This document shows positions 48,557 through 61,050 of a stretch of 64,000 nt of DNA, piece after piece. The translations under genes were made by a program, and so were the position numbers. This DNA comes from Squalus acanthias (lineage: Eukaryota). A model generated the notes under the pieces. That model did not search any database and was not told where the DNA came from. It saw nothing but the letters and a program-made list of their open reading frames with translations. Each line of letters starts with the position of its first letter. Positions within the stretch are counted from its first letter, which is position 1. The stretch covers positions 121,088,001-121,152,000 of the forward strand of contig CM059431.1 of assembly GCA_030390025.1 (NCBI GenBank). The letters are read 5' to 3'.

Positions 48557-49310
48557 TTCTGGCTGTCCTTTGGTGTCTAACCTCATTCATCCTTCACCTG
48601 CGAGCCTGTATCTTGAGTGTTAGCAGTCTTGCTCTACCAAGGAGGGCCTCACAGGCAGACCTGATTGTTCACACCCAATGTTGGCCTCCAGCTAGGATTT
48701 CAACCTGCCAGGATTGTCCTGGAGTCACCAGGAATAAAACATTAATCTGGACACTGCTGCCAGCAATTTGGGAGAAAATCATACGGGCCTTAAAAAAATT
48801 GTTTTTTTCATTTTCATTGTACACTTTTGATTATCAGTTATAAAGCTATTGGAGATGGGGCGAAAAAGGCTGTTTGGCTGACAATCAAGCAGAGGACTGG
48901 GACTGACTGATGTACCGGGAACAGTCGGTGAGGGAGTCGGGGGCTGCGGGGGAAAGAGGGAGGCTCGGGGTCAGGTGATTGGGGCTCATGTGGAGGGAAA
49001 GAGAGTGGGATGGGCGTGGGGACCAGTATTGTCTGCAGTGCCGGGACAGCAACAGCAGTAACATGCTGAGAAGGAGTGGCGCTGAGAGAAGTTTTATGCA
49101 GAAAAAATACTTGTGTTGTGTTACAGGGTCTGTGGAATTTTTATAACATAGGAGTGGGGGGGGGGGGTGGCGGGGGCGGGGGGCCTCAGAAGCCAAAAGG
49201 TGGAGAACCCCTGAGATAGACCATTACTAAACAAATAACACATTGTTAAAACTTAAGGCAATGATGACAGTAGCTATAAATTCATAATAGAAAATTAAAA
49301 AAAACACCGT

Positions 49311-49715
49311 GGGGGAAAAATTGAGTTGCTTTGCGCCTCCCGTTAGCGGAAGGTTAGCGGCGGCAGTAGCCGGTAGCACCCTGTGGCGCTGCGCCTCCGG
49401 CGATTATGTCATCACCATGTGCAGCGCTCTGCTCGCGCCCTGGCCACAAACTTCAGTTGTGCCCCCTGACCTACCGCCGGACGATATGTCCGACAGGATC
49501 AGGGTGGTGTTTTTGTGGTCGTGGCGGCGCAAATTAAAGGGCAGGTGCTGGGCGGCCATTTTTTTGGGGCCGCCTGCCAGCACCTGCCCCCTTTCGCTTC
49601 CTCATGCGGGGTGCCGGCCGCGATCGGTCAGCCCGGCATTCCTCTTGAGTGCTGGGCTGTTTTCCCGGCACCCCGCTCCCCGGTGGTCCAGCAGGGCCCC
49701 GGTGCGCGCAGCGGT
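49311..49715 (+). mobile_element. Harbinger-MITE left-end fragment
   Basis: GGGGGAAAAATTGAGTTGCTTTGCGCCTCCCGTTAGCG resembles the ends at 9200 and 14042. No right TIR was found. Confidence 0.6.
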
Positions 49716-50429
49716 AGGTTGATCTGTATCTTAACTCCATCTACTTGCCTTAGTTCCATGTCCCTTAATACCCTTGCCTGACAAAAATCTATCAAAATTC
49801 AAATGTCAAATATTTTGAATTCAAATTCTGACTAAAAATGTAGGAGTTGAATTTCTGCATGAGTTCTCCTGATTGCCCTCTGTAACTTCAGCAGAAGATC
49901 CACAGAGACAGCATTTATACCATTTCTGTCATTTCTCCAGGGGTTTCTACGGATCTCCTACCAGAGTTACAGTGGAGGATTGGGAGAACTGCTGCCGAAA
50001 TTCAACCCTGTCTTGTCATGACTGTACATGTCTAACAACATTCATTATGAATTGTTACAATTAAACAGTTAATTAGAGGCACTTACCTTAACCAGTGGTG
50101 ATCATACCAATATCATAGTCCCCATGGAAAATGATTCAGCCATTTTTTTTAACAGCAATCATTTTTGTCAGGGTGAAATAACCATCTCTGCAACCACACA
50201 AGTGTATTAATTCAACATGACAATTTCCTAATACCTCACATCATTAAATCTTTTCACTGTCATCTTGCCAGGATTACAAGAGATTGTGTCCATTACTCAA
50301 TAATTTGAGCCATGCTTTTCTTCAAGATCTACAGTTTGGGGTTTCAAAAATGCGGTGCTGCTTCTTCAGGTCTCACTCTACAATCCATGTCATGTTATGT
50401 TTTTTCTCAATCCTCTCTGTAAGAACACT

Positions 50430-50981
50430 GGGGGAGAACTTCCATTCACAGCCAACCATTTTACACCTGAAAAACAGGTGGCAGGTGGAAACTGGGGATG
50501 GGCCACCTTGTCCCCCCCAGTAACGCCAAGGCCTATCTGATGCAACATTCAGGTGGGCCTATAAATGGGCGAACTGCTTGATCACCTAAGACTGCTTAAA
50601 TATGGAAATCAGGGTCTTATGCCAGTTGTACGTCCCCGATTGCAAAATTCAGGTACAAACAGGTGGCAGATACTTCATGCACGCTCCATCTACATGTACC
50701 AAGTGCTGAAGAGGAAGAAGCCCCAAAATGGTAAGTGATTGTTTTTAATGGGGCCAGCAAGGGCAGGAGTGCTCCACAAGAATAATGTGGACTCCTGAAG
50801 CCCCAGGCTCCCCACTTATGCGGTTGGTTCTTCCCAGACCTAACTTCCTGATGACCAGGTCGGCCACTGGGCTGCCCAATATTGTACCAGCCCAGAGCGG
50901 GCGAGCCTCATGCACTGCCAACTGGTGGGGCTGCACTGCCAACTTTGCACCTGTTTTGGACAGAATTCAAATTTCTCCCCC
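50430..50981. mobile_element. Probable old MITE
   Basis: GGGGAGAACTT ... AAATTTCTCCCC inverted ends. The interior resembles 28560-28900. Confidence 0.45.
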
Positions 50982-52084
50982 ATTATTTTCAGTCCTATCC
51001 TTTGGCTGCAGAACATCCTGGAATCCTTCTGGGATTCTTGGGGCACAGTAGCTCCATGGGCTGTGGGTTCAAAGGGCACTGCTTATGAGACAGACACGTT
51101 AAAGGCCTGTGGAAATTTTGGGTCCTAGCTATCTAAGCCCGCACATGAAGAACGTCATCATGGGCGAGGGCTGTTGGTACCAATGAAATTACAGCAAGAA
51201 TCAGTACCTCAGGAGAGGAGGGGAAAATAAACATTTTCCATCATAACAAGCAAGATCTGAATGTGACGTGTACTTTTTGTTATGTGTTAGATTGCATCGA
51301 GACAGTTTTGGATGAGATGTCACTGGGAAGAGTAATCAAAAACTAAGCTGACTGAAAAGATACAGCCCAACATAAAGAATAACCTTTGTGGGGTTTTTTT
51401 TTCTAATGTATGCTAGACAATCAGAAGACAGGATAAGTAGTTTCTGGTGACAAGAGAAGAATATTAACTGGGAGATAACAAAGGTGTAGAAAAGTTACTA
51501 TTATTCTAGAAAGTGTACCTGCTGTGCTGTCAAACTATTAACATATACATGGTCAAAGCTTTGAAGTTGACATCTGAAGTGTAGGTAAATCTCCTGTGGT
51601 TTTGCTCATAGTGAATCAGAGGATGCCTTTTTGCAAGGGGATGCTAGGATGTGGAAGTGGGGGAGGAATCCATATCTCATTGGAAAGAAATATATGTATA
51701 TATAAAATATTTAAAACTGGAAGCAGCTCCTTGTCTTTAATGTCTATGTATTTACAGTTTTTATAGCAAAGGCCAAGAAATATATCAAACTTAAAAAAAA
51801 AGCTAATGTGCATCTTTCCTTTCTTACCAAATATCACTGCAACAGTACTCGAGCCCCAGTTTTAAGTCAGGGCAGGAATCGGAAGAGTGGGGGCCACAGC
51901 GGTTAGCCAACCACCCTAACCTCAGCAGCGTGAGGCCTGGGAGATTTTAACTCCCGGGCCTCATCCTCATGCCCCTGGTCACTTTCCTCCTGAAACCTGC
52001 GGGCAGCACAGCAGCTGGCCGGCGAACAGGAGCTCAATGTCGGGAAACAGGAGGCCACCGGCTGTGAAGATTTACAGCAGGCTT

Positions 52085-52590
52085 TACAGCATACAGCACA
52101 TCACCACAATCCTTGAGACCCTCACCAGACTATACTGCAAGGTGGCGCCAGATCAATCCAGGTACATGAGGCATACCTTCAACATTCCTATTGTGCGCTC
52201 AAAGGTGACTCTGGTCGATGAATGGACCAGGTTATAGTACCGCTAAACTGGGGTGCTGGAAAAATGGAAGAGTGGCATTAGCCAAGGCTGCAGACGATAG
52301 TTTTTATCTCTGATGAGCCACCCAAACACTAGTCTTCCTGCCTTAAAGAATTCTGGCAACTTTGTATTCTATAAAACAAAGGCATGAAACCCATTGCCAA
52401 GGAAGCAGGCATTCACTTACATGATGGCGTGTTTCTGATTAAAAACCAGCTGCACCATGAGAAAGTGGTATCCTTCCCAAATGATGTACATCTGGGCATT
52501 GGTGATGGGACCCCATATGGCCATGTTGTGTCGTCTATGACTCCTTGGTCTTGGGGAGTCCCAGCATTCAGTAAAATATCAGTGCTTTGT
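52085..52590 (-). pseudogene. Harbinger transposase relic
   Basis: Minus frame reads GYHFLMVQLVF, VNACFLGN, GWLIRDKNY..PWLMP, ERTIGMLK and VVMCCML, with stops. Confidence 0.8.
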
Positions 52591-52719
52591 CATGTTAGGA
52601 CCAGTTGTTGATGGGTTAGTTGATGAAATTTCTAGCTTTAAAGAACAAGGCTTACTTGACACATCTGTGCACAGAGGTTTATTTTATGTTCCTTCAGTGG
52701 CAATCTAGGTCATTCTAGA

Positions 52720-52990
52720 CTAATTAAATAAATCTGGAATAAAAAGCTAGTATCAGTAATGGTGACCATGAAACTATCAGTTTGTCGTAAAAACCCATCT
52801 GGTTCACTCATGTCCTTTAGGGAAGGAAATCTGCCGTCCTTACCTGGTCTGGCCTATATGTGACTCCAGACCCACAGCAATGTGGTTGACTCTTAACTGC
52901 CCTCTGAAATGGCCTAGCAAACCACTCAGTTGTAACAAACCGCTTTGAAAAACAATTTTTTTTTAAAGAATGAAACTGGACGGACCGCAC
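52720..52990 (+). mobile_element. 5'-region fragment of the tRNA-headed LINE/SINE
   Basis: Near-identical to 21165-21420, including the junction into the ORF leader. Confidence 0.85.
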
Positions 52991-55708
52991 CTTGTCGAAT
53001 GCCTTCTGAAAATCCAAATACACCACATCCCCTGGTTCCCTCTTATCTATTCTGCTAGTTACAACCTCAAAAAACTCTAACAGCTTTGTCAAACACGATT
53101 TCCCCTTCGTAAATCCGTGTTGACTCTGCCCAATCCTATTATTATTTTCTAAGTGCCCTGTTACCACGTCCTTAATAATAGATTCTAGCATTTTCCCTAC
53201 TACTGATGTCAGGCTAACTGGTCTGTAGTTCCTAGTTTTCTCTCTCCCTCCTTTCTTAAATAGTGAGGTTACATTTGCTACCTTCCAATCCATGGCAACT
53301 GTTCCAGAACCTATGGAATTTTGGAAAATGACAACCAATACATCCACTATCTCTATAGCCACCTCTTTTAAATCCCTAGGATGTAGGCCATCAGGTCCAA
53401 GGAGATTTATCGGCTTTCAGTCCCATTAATTTCTCCAGTATTATTTTTTTACTAATACTAATTTCTTTCAGTTCCTCATTCTCTCTAGTGCCTTGGTTCT
53501 CCACTATTTCCGGGAAGTTTTTTGCGTCTTCTTCCATGACGACAGACACAAAGTACTTGTTTAATTTCTTTGCCATTTTCTTATTCCCCTTTATAATTTA
53601 TCCTGTCTCAGCCTGTAAGGGACCCACATTTACTTTTGCTAATCTTTTCCTTTTTACATACCTATAGAAGCTTTTACAGTCTGTTTTTATGTCTCTCACT
53701 AGTTTACTCTCATATTCTATTTTCCTTTTCTTTATCAATTTCTTGGTCCTTCTTTGCTGAATTCTAAAATCCTCCCAATCCTCAGGCTTACTACTCTTTT
53801 TGGCAACATTATAAGCCTCTTCCTTTGATCTAATACAATCTTTAACTTCTCTTGTTGCACGGTTGGACCACTTTTCCTGTGGGGTTTTTGTGCCTTAAAC
53901 AAATGTATATTTGTTGTAAATTATGTATTAATTCTTTAAATGCTAGCCATTGCTTCTCTACCATCATACCTTTTAATGTAGTTTCCCAATCTACCTTAGC
54001 CAACTCGGCCCTCATACCTACGTAGTTTGCTTTGTTTAGAGTTAAGACCCTAGTTTCGGATTTAACTAAATCACTTTCAAACTCAATATCATATTATGGC
54101 CACTCTTCCCTAAAGGCCCCTTTACTACAAGGTTGTTAATTAACCCTGTCTCATTGCACAATACTAGATCTAAAATAGCCTGCTCCCTAGTTGGTTCCTC
54201 AACATACTGATCTAGAAAACTATCTTGCATACATTGCATGAATTTGTCCTCCACACTATTACTGCAAATTTGGTTTGTCCAGTCTATATGTAGATTTAAA
54301 GTAGCCCATGATCACTGTATTACCCTTGCTACATCCACCTCTAATTTGCTGATGTATACTCTGCTCTACATTACAACTACTGTTTGGGGACCGATAAACA
54401 ACTCCCACCAATTTTTTCTGCCCCTTGCTGTTTCTTAGCTCCACCCAAACTGATTCTACTTGTTGACTTTTGGAGCTAAAATACTGGGCCAGAAATTCGG
54501 CTCTTGTCGGGTGAGTACGCGCTGTGTACTCACCCGTAAGGCCACCTGAAGTGCCGGTTTCCTGCATGCACTGCGCATGCGCGGGAAACCGGAACTTCTG
54601 TTCCCCTGAAGGAAGGGGTTCAGAAGTCGAACGCGTGCGCGGGAGAGGCTGTGCGCATGCAGCGAATTTCGGTTTTTTTTCAGGTTTCTCCGGGAGGGTA
54701 AGTATGGAGAAGCTGCACTTTTAAAAAGGAGGTGCAAGGCCTGTTTTTAACAAGGTAAGTGGTTAATTAATTACAATTTAAACATTTTTTAAACAGGTTT
54801 ATCTTTTTTAGATACTTTAAAGAAAGGTAAGTTTATTTTTAGCACCGTTAAAAGTATAATTAATTTTTTCAAAAATGTAAATTTTTGTTTAAAGTAGTTA
54901 ATTTATGTAACTTATAGTTCTTTTAAAAATGTGATTTAAAAAAAAAATTATTTGAAGTTTAAGTGTGGTTTTGGGGCCGATCTCTATTCATAGATTTGAC
55001 AGGTCTTCCTGTCAAATCTATGAATGAAAATGCCCTGTTAGTATTGGCTCTCCATGGCCCACGTGATCCCAGGGGACGCTTCGAACTAACTGCGCCCCTG
55101 GGATATGCAAGCACTGCGTGCCGGAAGCTGGAGGAGGCCCAGGACCTGAAGTCCTCGTGGGCCCAAAGCACAACAGCAGGCACGGTAGGCAAGTTCGCGC
55201 GCGATGCTTGCACCCACAGGAAGCCGGAAACCCGAATTTCTGGCCCATGTCTTTATCCCATCCTTTATTATCAGGGCTACCCCTCCTCCTTTTCCATTTT
55301 GCCTATCTCTTCTAAAAGTTAAGTATCCTGGAATAATTAGTTCCCAACCTTGGCCACTTTGCAACCACGTCTCCGTAATGGCTATGACATCAAACCTGTT
55401 AATTTCTATCTGCGCTATTAATTCATCTATTTTGTTGCGAATGCTTCACGCATTCAGATATAGTGCCTTTAGCTTTGATGTATTCTATTTTTCCCTGATG
55501 TCACCTTAGTCACTGATGCCTTATTACCTTTGTTACTCTCTCTGTCCCTCCCTGACCCATTCTGCTTATTTTTACCCAAAACTCTGCTCTGCTCTAGAGC
55601 CTTGACATTTCTCTCGCTGCTTTTAAATTTACTCTTTCCTGAATCCTCCCACCCCCCCTTCATTAGTTTAAATCCCTATTTACTGCCCTAGTTATTTGGT
55701 TCGCCAGG
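52991..55708 (-). mobile_element. CR1 LINE ORF2 5' part (APE to start of RT), interrupted by a MITE
   Basis: FRRDRQNGKGGGVAL, VGVVYRSPN, ILDLVLCN, NYRPVSLTS and YLDFQKAFDKV. Confidence 0.92.
54486..55246 (+). mobile_element. ~760-bp MITE (GGSCCAGAAATT family)
   Basis: Perfect GGGCCAGAAATTCGG / CCGAATTTCTGGCCC TIR. Flanks ACT and ATG, so the TSD is imperfect. Confidence 0.9.
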
Positions 55709-56116
55709 ATAAATTTAAAAAGTACTTAATAATAACAGCAAAAGAAACTGAATACGTTCCTCCCTTTAAAGTTCTACCTTCAAGGAAGTACCTAGCCAGT
55801 GTAATTGACAGGAAATTGGGCGGATAATCTCCCCACATCATTACTTACTCATTTACATGAGACTACCCAAAAATAGACCGGCCACTTCCACTATCCTTTT
55901 GCAATAGGTGCTAAATTAGCCGGGCATCCACCATAACAAATCCCTGTGCAGTTACTGCCCACACGTGTCCAATTACTGCCCCAACATATGGAGTAATGTG
56001 GTGGTAAATCTTAGCTGAGAAGTATAACAATAGCATTATACAGCAACAGTAAGATGCCTTAATATGTCAAATTTGAATCCTGTATTTGTGCCTAAATAGC
56101 TGCCATTAGGAACAAT

Positions 56117-56861
56117 GGCCCAGAAATTGATCTCGCTCTGTTCCCGCGGGGGTAAGCCTTTCCCGCGATGTCTCACCTCGCTTATGCTTTTTCTGATCCA
56201 GCTCGCACGAAATTGATGTTCTGGACAGCTGCTGTGCTGGGCTTGCGTATCCCAGCGGCGTAGTTAATTCGTGCGAGCTGTGGGATCACGTGACTCAGTT
56301 AGAGCCAATGGCAGCACACCATCTTCCATTCATAAGTCTCACAGCATGGCTGAGAGACTTATGAATCTTACACCCCCCCCAAAATAACAGCTAAACCTCA
56401 ATTAAATTAAAAAAAAAAACCATCACATTAATAAAATAAGTATAGTTAATTAAATTAACCATTTTAAATAAAAAATTAAATTTTTGAAAAAATTTAAAAT
56501 CTTTTAAAAAGTTATAAAAATAAACTTACCTGTCTTTAAAGTCTATAAAAAAGATATACCTGTAAAAAAAAATTCAAAAAAATACTTAATTCACTACTTA
56601 CCTTCTTAAAAGCGGGTCTTACTCCTCCTTTTTACATTTCCAAAATCTTCAGTACTTACCTGCGCGTCCAAAGCATGAAGTGCACAGCGTGCGCGCAGCC
56701 TGTAGCGCGCACGCGATGCACTCCGGCCCCGCCCCCTTTTCGGAAGAGCAATTGCCGGTTTTCAGCGCATGCGCAGGGCATGCAGAAAACCGGCAATTGG
56801 AGTGGGAATACGCGAGAGTACGCAGTGCGTACTCTCGCGTCCCGGGATCAATTTTCGGCCC
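56117..56861 (-). mobile_element. ~745-bp MITE (GGSCCAGAAATT family), reverse orientation
   Basis: GGCCCAGAAATTGATC / GATCAATTTTCGGCCC, TSD AAT (56114-56116, 56862-56864). Confidence 0.92.
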
Positions 56862-57552
56862 AATGTTTTATCATCAGTCAGTGGCTTCTAGATGGTGTGG
56901 TTCAAAAGTCAGTACATTGCTGTTATAAAACAGGCAGTCTATATGGACACTTCACAACTGCACAATTATTTACAGGAAAAGAAACGTTAAACATAAAAAT
57001 GAATGAGAAGGTTTTTGCAATACTCTCATCGCTGGCTGTGCAAATATTGAGAAATGCCAACCAAAACAATAGCTGCACAAGTCCAAACAAAACTAATTCA
57101 ACTCGATAAATATTAGATCTATGCAAATGTGTTGAAAGGAAAGCTTTGGATAATGTGTCAAGAATGGCTCATATAAAGGTTATTTATAAACATTGCACCA
57201 TCAATCACCTTGTTGAAAGAGTACAGAAATATATTTTAATGATCTACTAAATACTAAGGACTCATAGTTTCTGGCAGTTTTTTGCTCCATTTTCTCACTA
57301 TCCTTAATAGCTGAATGGTGATACTTATAAATTTAAGTGTCAACCAGATCCACAGCAATGTAGAATGATCTTGTATAGCATGGGGTTGCATGAGTTAATC
57401 CAACAGATATTCCTCTAAGCAAAAACAGTGGCTAAGATATCCTTATTTCTAATCATTAATTATTTGTAATATATATTTCTACAAATATTTATGGCAGTTC
57501 AAATTTTTTGACACGTTAAATCAGCGTTAAATTTGATGATTTACGTAATCTA

Positions 57553-57690
57553 GGCCTGAATTTCTTCAAACTTTTTGCCCCTGTGCCGCCATCATTTCAT
57601 CGGATGTGCAACGTAAACCCCGTTTTCAAGTGTGCTTATGACACAGTTACAGCAGGACAACAGCAGAGAGTTGGAGGAATTTCAGGGCCC
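57553..57690. mobile_element. Tiny (~140 bp) MITE remnant
   Basis: GGCCTGAATTTCTTCAAACT vs AGTTGGAGGAATTTCAGGGCC imperfect inverted repeat. Confidence 0.5.
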
Positions 57691-58279
57691 TAATGCCAAA
57701 TCTGCCTTGACAACATATAATAAAAGCAATAATTGTTAAGTTGGATCATAACTAAAACTATAAAAACTTATGGTCAGAACAATGTGATGTGATGTAGGAG
57801 AGAGGAACTCTGAACTTAACAGAAGCTTCAAAAGATTTTATAGGGGAAACATATTATGCAGGTAACCATTTTTATAGTTGCTGTGTCTCATATGTGCCAT
57901 GTTACTGCATAGACTTCAAAACCTCCTCTGAACTGGCCAGTGTCAAAAACAAATTGTTGTCAAGATAACAAAGAACCAGAGAAGCAGCAATTGGCATTGT
58001 AATATGATCTGTGTTACATTTAATATGTCTGTGGAACAGTTAATACAGTTTAGGATTGAATAGTGATAATGTATTTGATTTGAAATATTTCTTAGTAATC
58101 TGTTCCTGAAGTGCCAATAAGTTATGAAAGGGCTGAATCTGAAATGGAGGTTGCACATTGAGAACTTCCTGGATATGATATTTAACCTGCAAGCAGGCAC
58201 AACCAATAAAGCATCAGTAACAAAGTTTATATTATGGTTAAAGACAGAAACAAATACGTGTTAGAAAAGGACAAAAGAA

Positions 58280-58620
58280 GGAAGAGAGAGGTAGAGAAAA
58301 GGAAAGGTTTAGGAAGGGAATTCCAGAACTTAGGGCCTAGACAGCTGAAGGCACAGCCACCAATGATAGGGCAATGGAAATCAGGGATGCGCAAGAGGTC
58401 AGAATTGGAAGAGTGCAGAGATCTCGGAGGGGTTTTTTTGGGCGGGAGAAGGTTACAGCGATAGGGAGGGGCGAGACCATGGAGGGAATTGAGTACAAGG
58501 ATGGGAATTTTAAATCTGAGGCATTGCCGGACTGGGAGCCAATGGAGGTTAGCAAGCACAGGGGTGATAGGTGAACGGGACTTGGTGCGAATTAGGATAT
58601 GCAAAATACAAGTTAGGATA
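58280..58620 (-). mobile_element. L2 LINE 3' fragment
   Basis: PITPVLANLHWLPV..RFKI...HGLAPPY...AFS..GPKFWNSLP. Confidence 0.85.
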
Positions 58621-59147
58621 CGCAGAAGACAATAGACTGGAGTTTCCTCTAAATTACCTCTTATTTTGGCTGGATTTGTGACAGTAAACAGAATAAAATG
58701 AGCCACTTCAAATCTGCCACTAAAATCTGCAGAAGAATTATCCTGCCAAAAATATCACCAGTCACCTTTGAGCTCCTTTTAAATGGAATCTAGGGGTGTG
58801 GCTAATCTATTCAAACTTCTTTCCACAAATTACATCCCAACCCTACCTAAATAGTTACCACCATTATATAATTGGCCACGGGAGCACCAGTAAGGGAATC
58901 CTGAGTTGGATATTGCTTGGAGAAGGCCATTTGGTTTGCTACAACTGAAGGGTGGCACTAATTTGCCTGCATATTAAAGTTTTTGATGCTTTGAAGGTTC
59001 TGTCAGGACTTTAGCTGCTACTTTTAGTCAGCTCTGTAAAAGATACAGCTTTGGATGGGGACATGGAATTCCTAATGGGAATCCCTCTATTCCTTTTTTA
59101 AAGGAAGGACCAGGAAGAGACGGGAGAGGCTAGATTGGAAACTCTTA

Positions 59148-59952
59148 GCGGGGAAAATTCGGTTGCTTAGCGCCTCCCATTAGTGTCTCTGGGGGGGTGC
59201 TAACGAACCGCTAGGAAGTTAGCGCCCGAGCATGGCGATTTTAGCGCCGCTTGCAAAATTGACCAGACATTTTGCGGCAGCGCTAAACACTACCGCCACG
59301 ATCTCCTGCGTTCGCAGATTGTGACATCAGTCAAGCGTGCAACACCCCGTTAGCGCCCCAGACCGGATATTGAGTCGCGCCCCCTACCTTAGCGCCTGCC
59401 GCTAGCAACGACAGGTAGAGGGGAACGTTTTCAAGTCGGGAAGGGGCTGGGGGAGCGCTAATTAAAGGCGGGCACTTCCTGCCTTTTCTTGTCGGCAAAA
59501 TTTTTGGTTTCAACACTGTCCTAAGGAGTTTTGGTCCTCAACACCACTTTTGAGGTTCCTAAGCGCCAAGCTCTTTCCCTGGGCCTATCCATTAGTGCTT
59601 CCAAAACAATTGCTTTTGAGGTCTCTCCAGGCCGAGATTCAAGGCTGCAATGAGCAGGGAGTGGCTGGCCAGCAAGATGGCCCCTCCCCTTTAAGAACTG
59701 GACGGCGCCAGTCTGTCTGGCTTCCATGATAACTGGCATCACCTGAGCTTCGGTAGCGTTCTGCGATAGCGCCTCACTCCTCAATGTTAACGCCTTAAGA
59801 GAGGTGTGTAGCGTCTGATTTAGCGCTCAAATCACCTCCAGGGGCGATAGAGGCGAATTTTGCAGTCGGAGGCGATAATTAGCGCCGGGCGCTAAACTTT
59901 GCGTCCGGCCAATAATAGTGCCCCAAACGGGGCGATACCGAATTTCTCCCCC
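59148..59952 (+). mobile_element. Non-autonomous Harbinger (MITE), diverged relative of 14042-14885
   Basis: GCGGGGAAAATTC / GAATTTCTCCCCC, flanks TTA and TAA. Collinear with the 14 kb MITE. Confidence 0.85.
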
Positions 59953-60039
59953 TAAGAGTGAGACATCGCTGAAGATGTTTATTGTCTACATGCAGATACA
60001 TACACACCAGGGTTCACAAGAAGGCCTTACTTAGACTTT

Positions 60040-61050
60040 CCTGAATGGCAATTCCTTAAATGATTATGATTCTCCCCCAAGGCAATATGCAAACTGTTGG
60101 CTGATGACCTGCAACCCACTTCCACAAGGAGAAGAAAATTGCCTGTACCGCTCAAGGTCAAAACTGCCTTGAATTTCCTTGCAAACAGATCCTCCCAGGC
60201 TGCATCTAGTGACCTTCGCCACATTAGTCAGGTAACAACTCACCACTGCATCAAGATTACTGATGCTCTATTCAGGATGGTTTTACAATTCATATCCTTC
60301 TCACTGAAAACAGGAAAGAGCAAGAGAGAGAGAGAGACAGAGACAGAGAGAGCGAAAGCAATCCAGTTGTAGAGACTGGCAGGGTTTCCACAGGTGCAAA
60401 GAGCAATTGATGAAATGCATGTGGTGCTGTAAGCTCCATCAGATACAACGAGGCCACTTTGACACTTGTAGTTGCATGGGCCTCATTAAATCTGCTATGT
60501 GAAAGTCTTACTGGCATCATTAGTCATGGCTGTAAGGGTTAGCTCCATCCGATCACCAAGATATCAGTGTGATACATGGCTCTGAGTAATGAGGGCTGGT
60601 ATGGTATTACCACATGATAAAAGTGTTGTGACAGCTTGCTGGATAGCAGGCATTCACATGCAGGATCAGATGATTTGCATTGCACACTAACTGCCCTGCA
60701 ATAGAATGACAACATTTGCTGTTAATAAAATTGAGGGTGCAGTCTCAGTGCTTCCCTGACATCCAGCTGATGACAGAAAGAGAGTATGAAAGGTAAGAAG
60801 GTGAGGGAAGGCTATATCCCAATGGCAGAGGATGTGCACTGGAACCAGTGCCTTGACTTACCTTGGCTGCCCTTGTGAGGTCATTGAACCTCTTCCTGCA
60901 CTGTGCGACGTTTCTTAGGTTGGTAAAGATTTCACTGACTACTCTTGCCACTTCACACCAGACAGCCTGAACCACCTTCTTATGGGGCTTCCTGCCCTCC
61001 GTGCCCAACAGACAATCCCTTCTCATCCTGACTTCATCCAGCAACTCCTA
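60040..61050. pseudogene. Old Harbinger relic: transposase N-terminal fragment (+, ~60090-60430) convergent with Myb exon 1 (-, ~60860-61050)
   Basis: DLQPTS..LPVPLKVKTALNFLA..SSQ on the plus strand. LLDEV..RRDCL..WCEVARVV..RNVAQCRKRFNDLTRAAK followed by GTAAGT on the minus strand. Confidence 0.8.

Larger units (their letters stand above)
43466..49213. mobile_element. Non-autonomous hAT (Charlie-like) element inflated by nested insertions
   Basis: TIRs CAGGGCTTCTCAACC / GGTGGAGAACCCCTG (13/15 match) and an exact 8-bp TSD AGATAGAC (43458-43465, 49214-49221). Confidence 0.85.

Noticed and set aside
48690..49060. Possible hAT-Tip100-like end (TAGGATTTCAACC..CCAGGATTGTCCTGGAGT)
   Set aside because: It is degenerate, and no matching second TIR or TSD was found.
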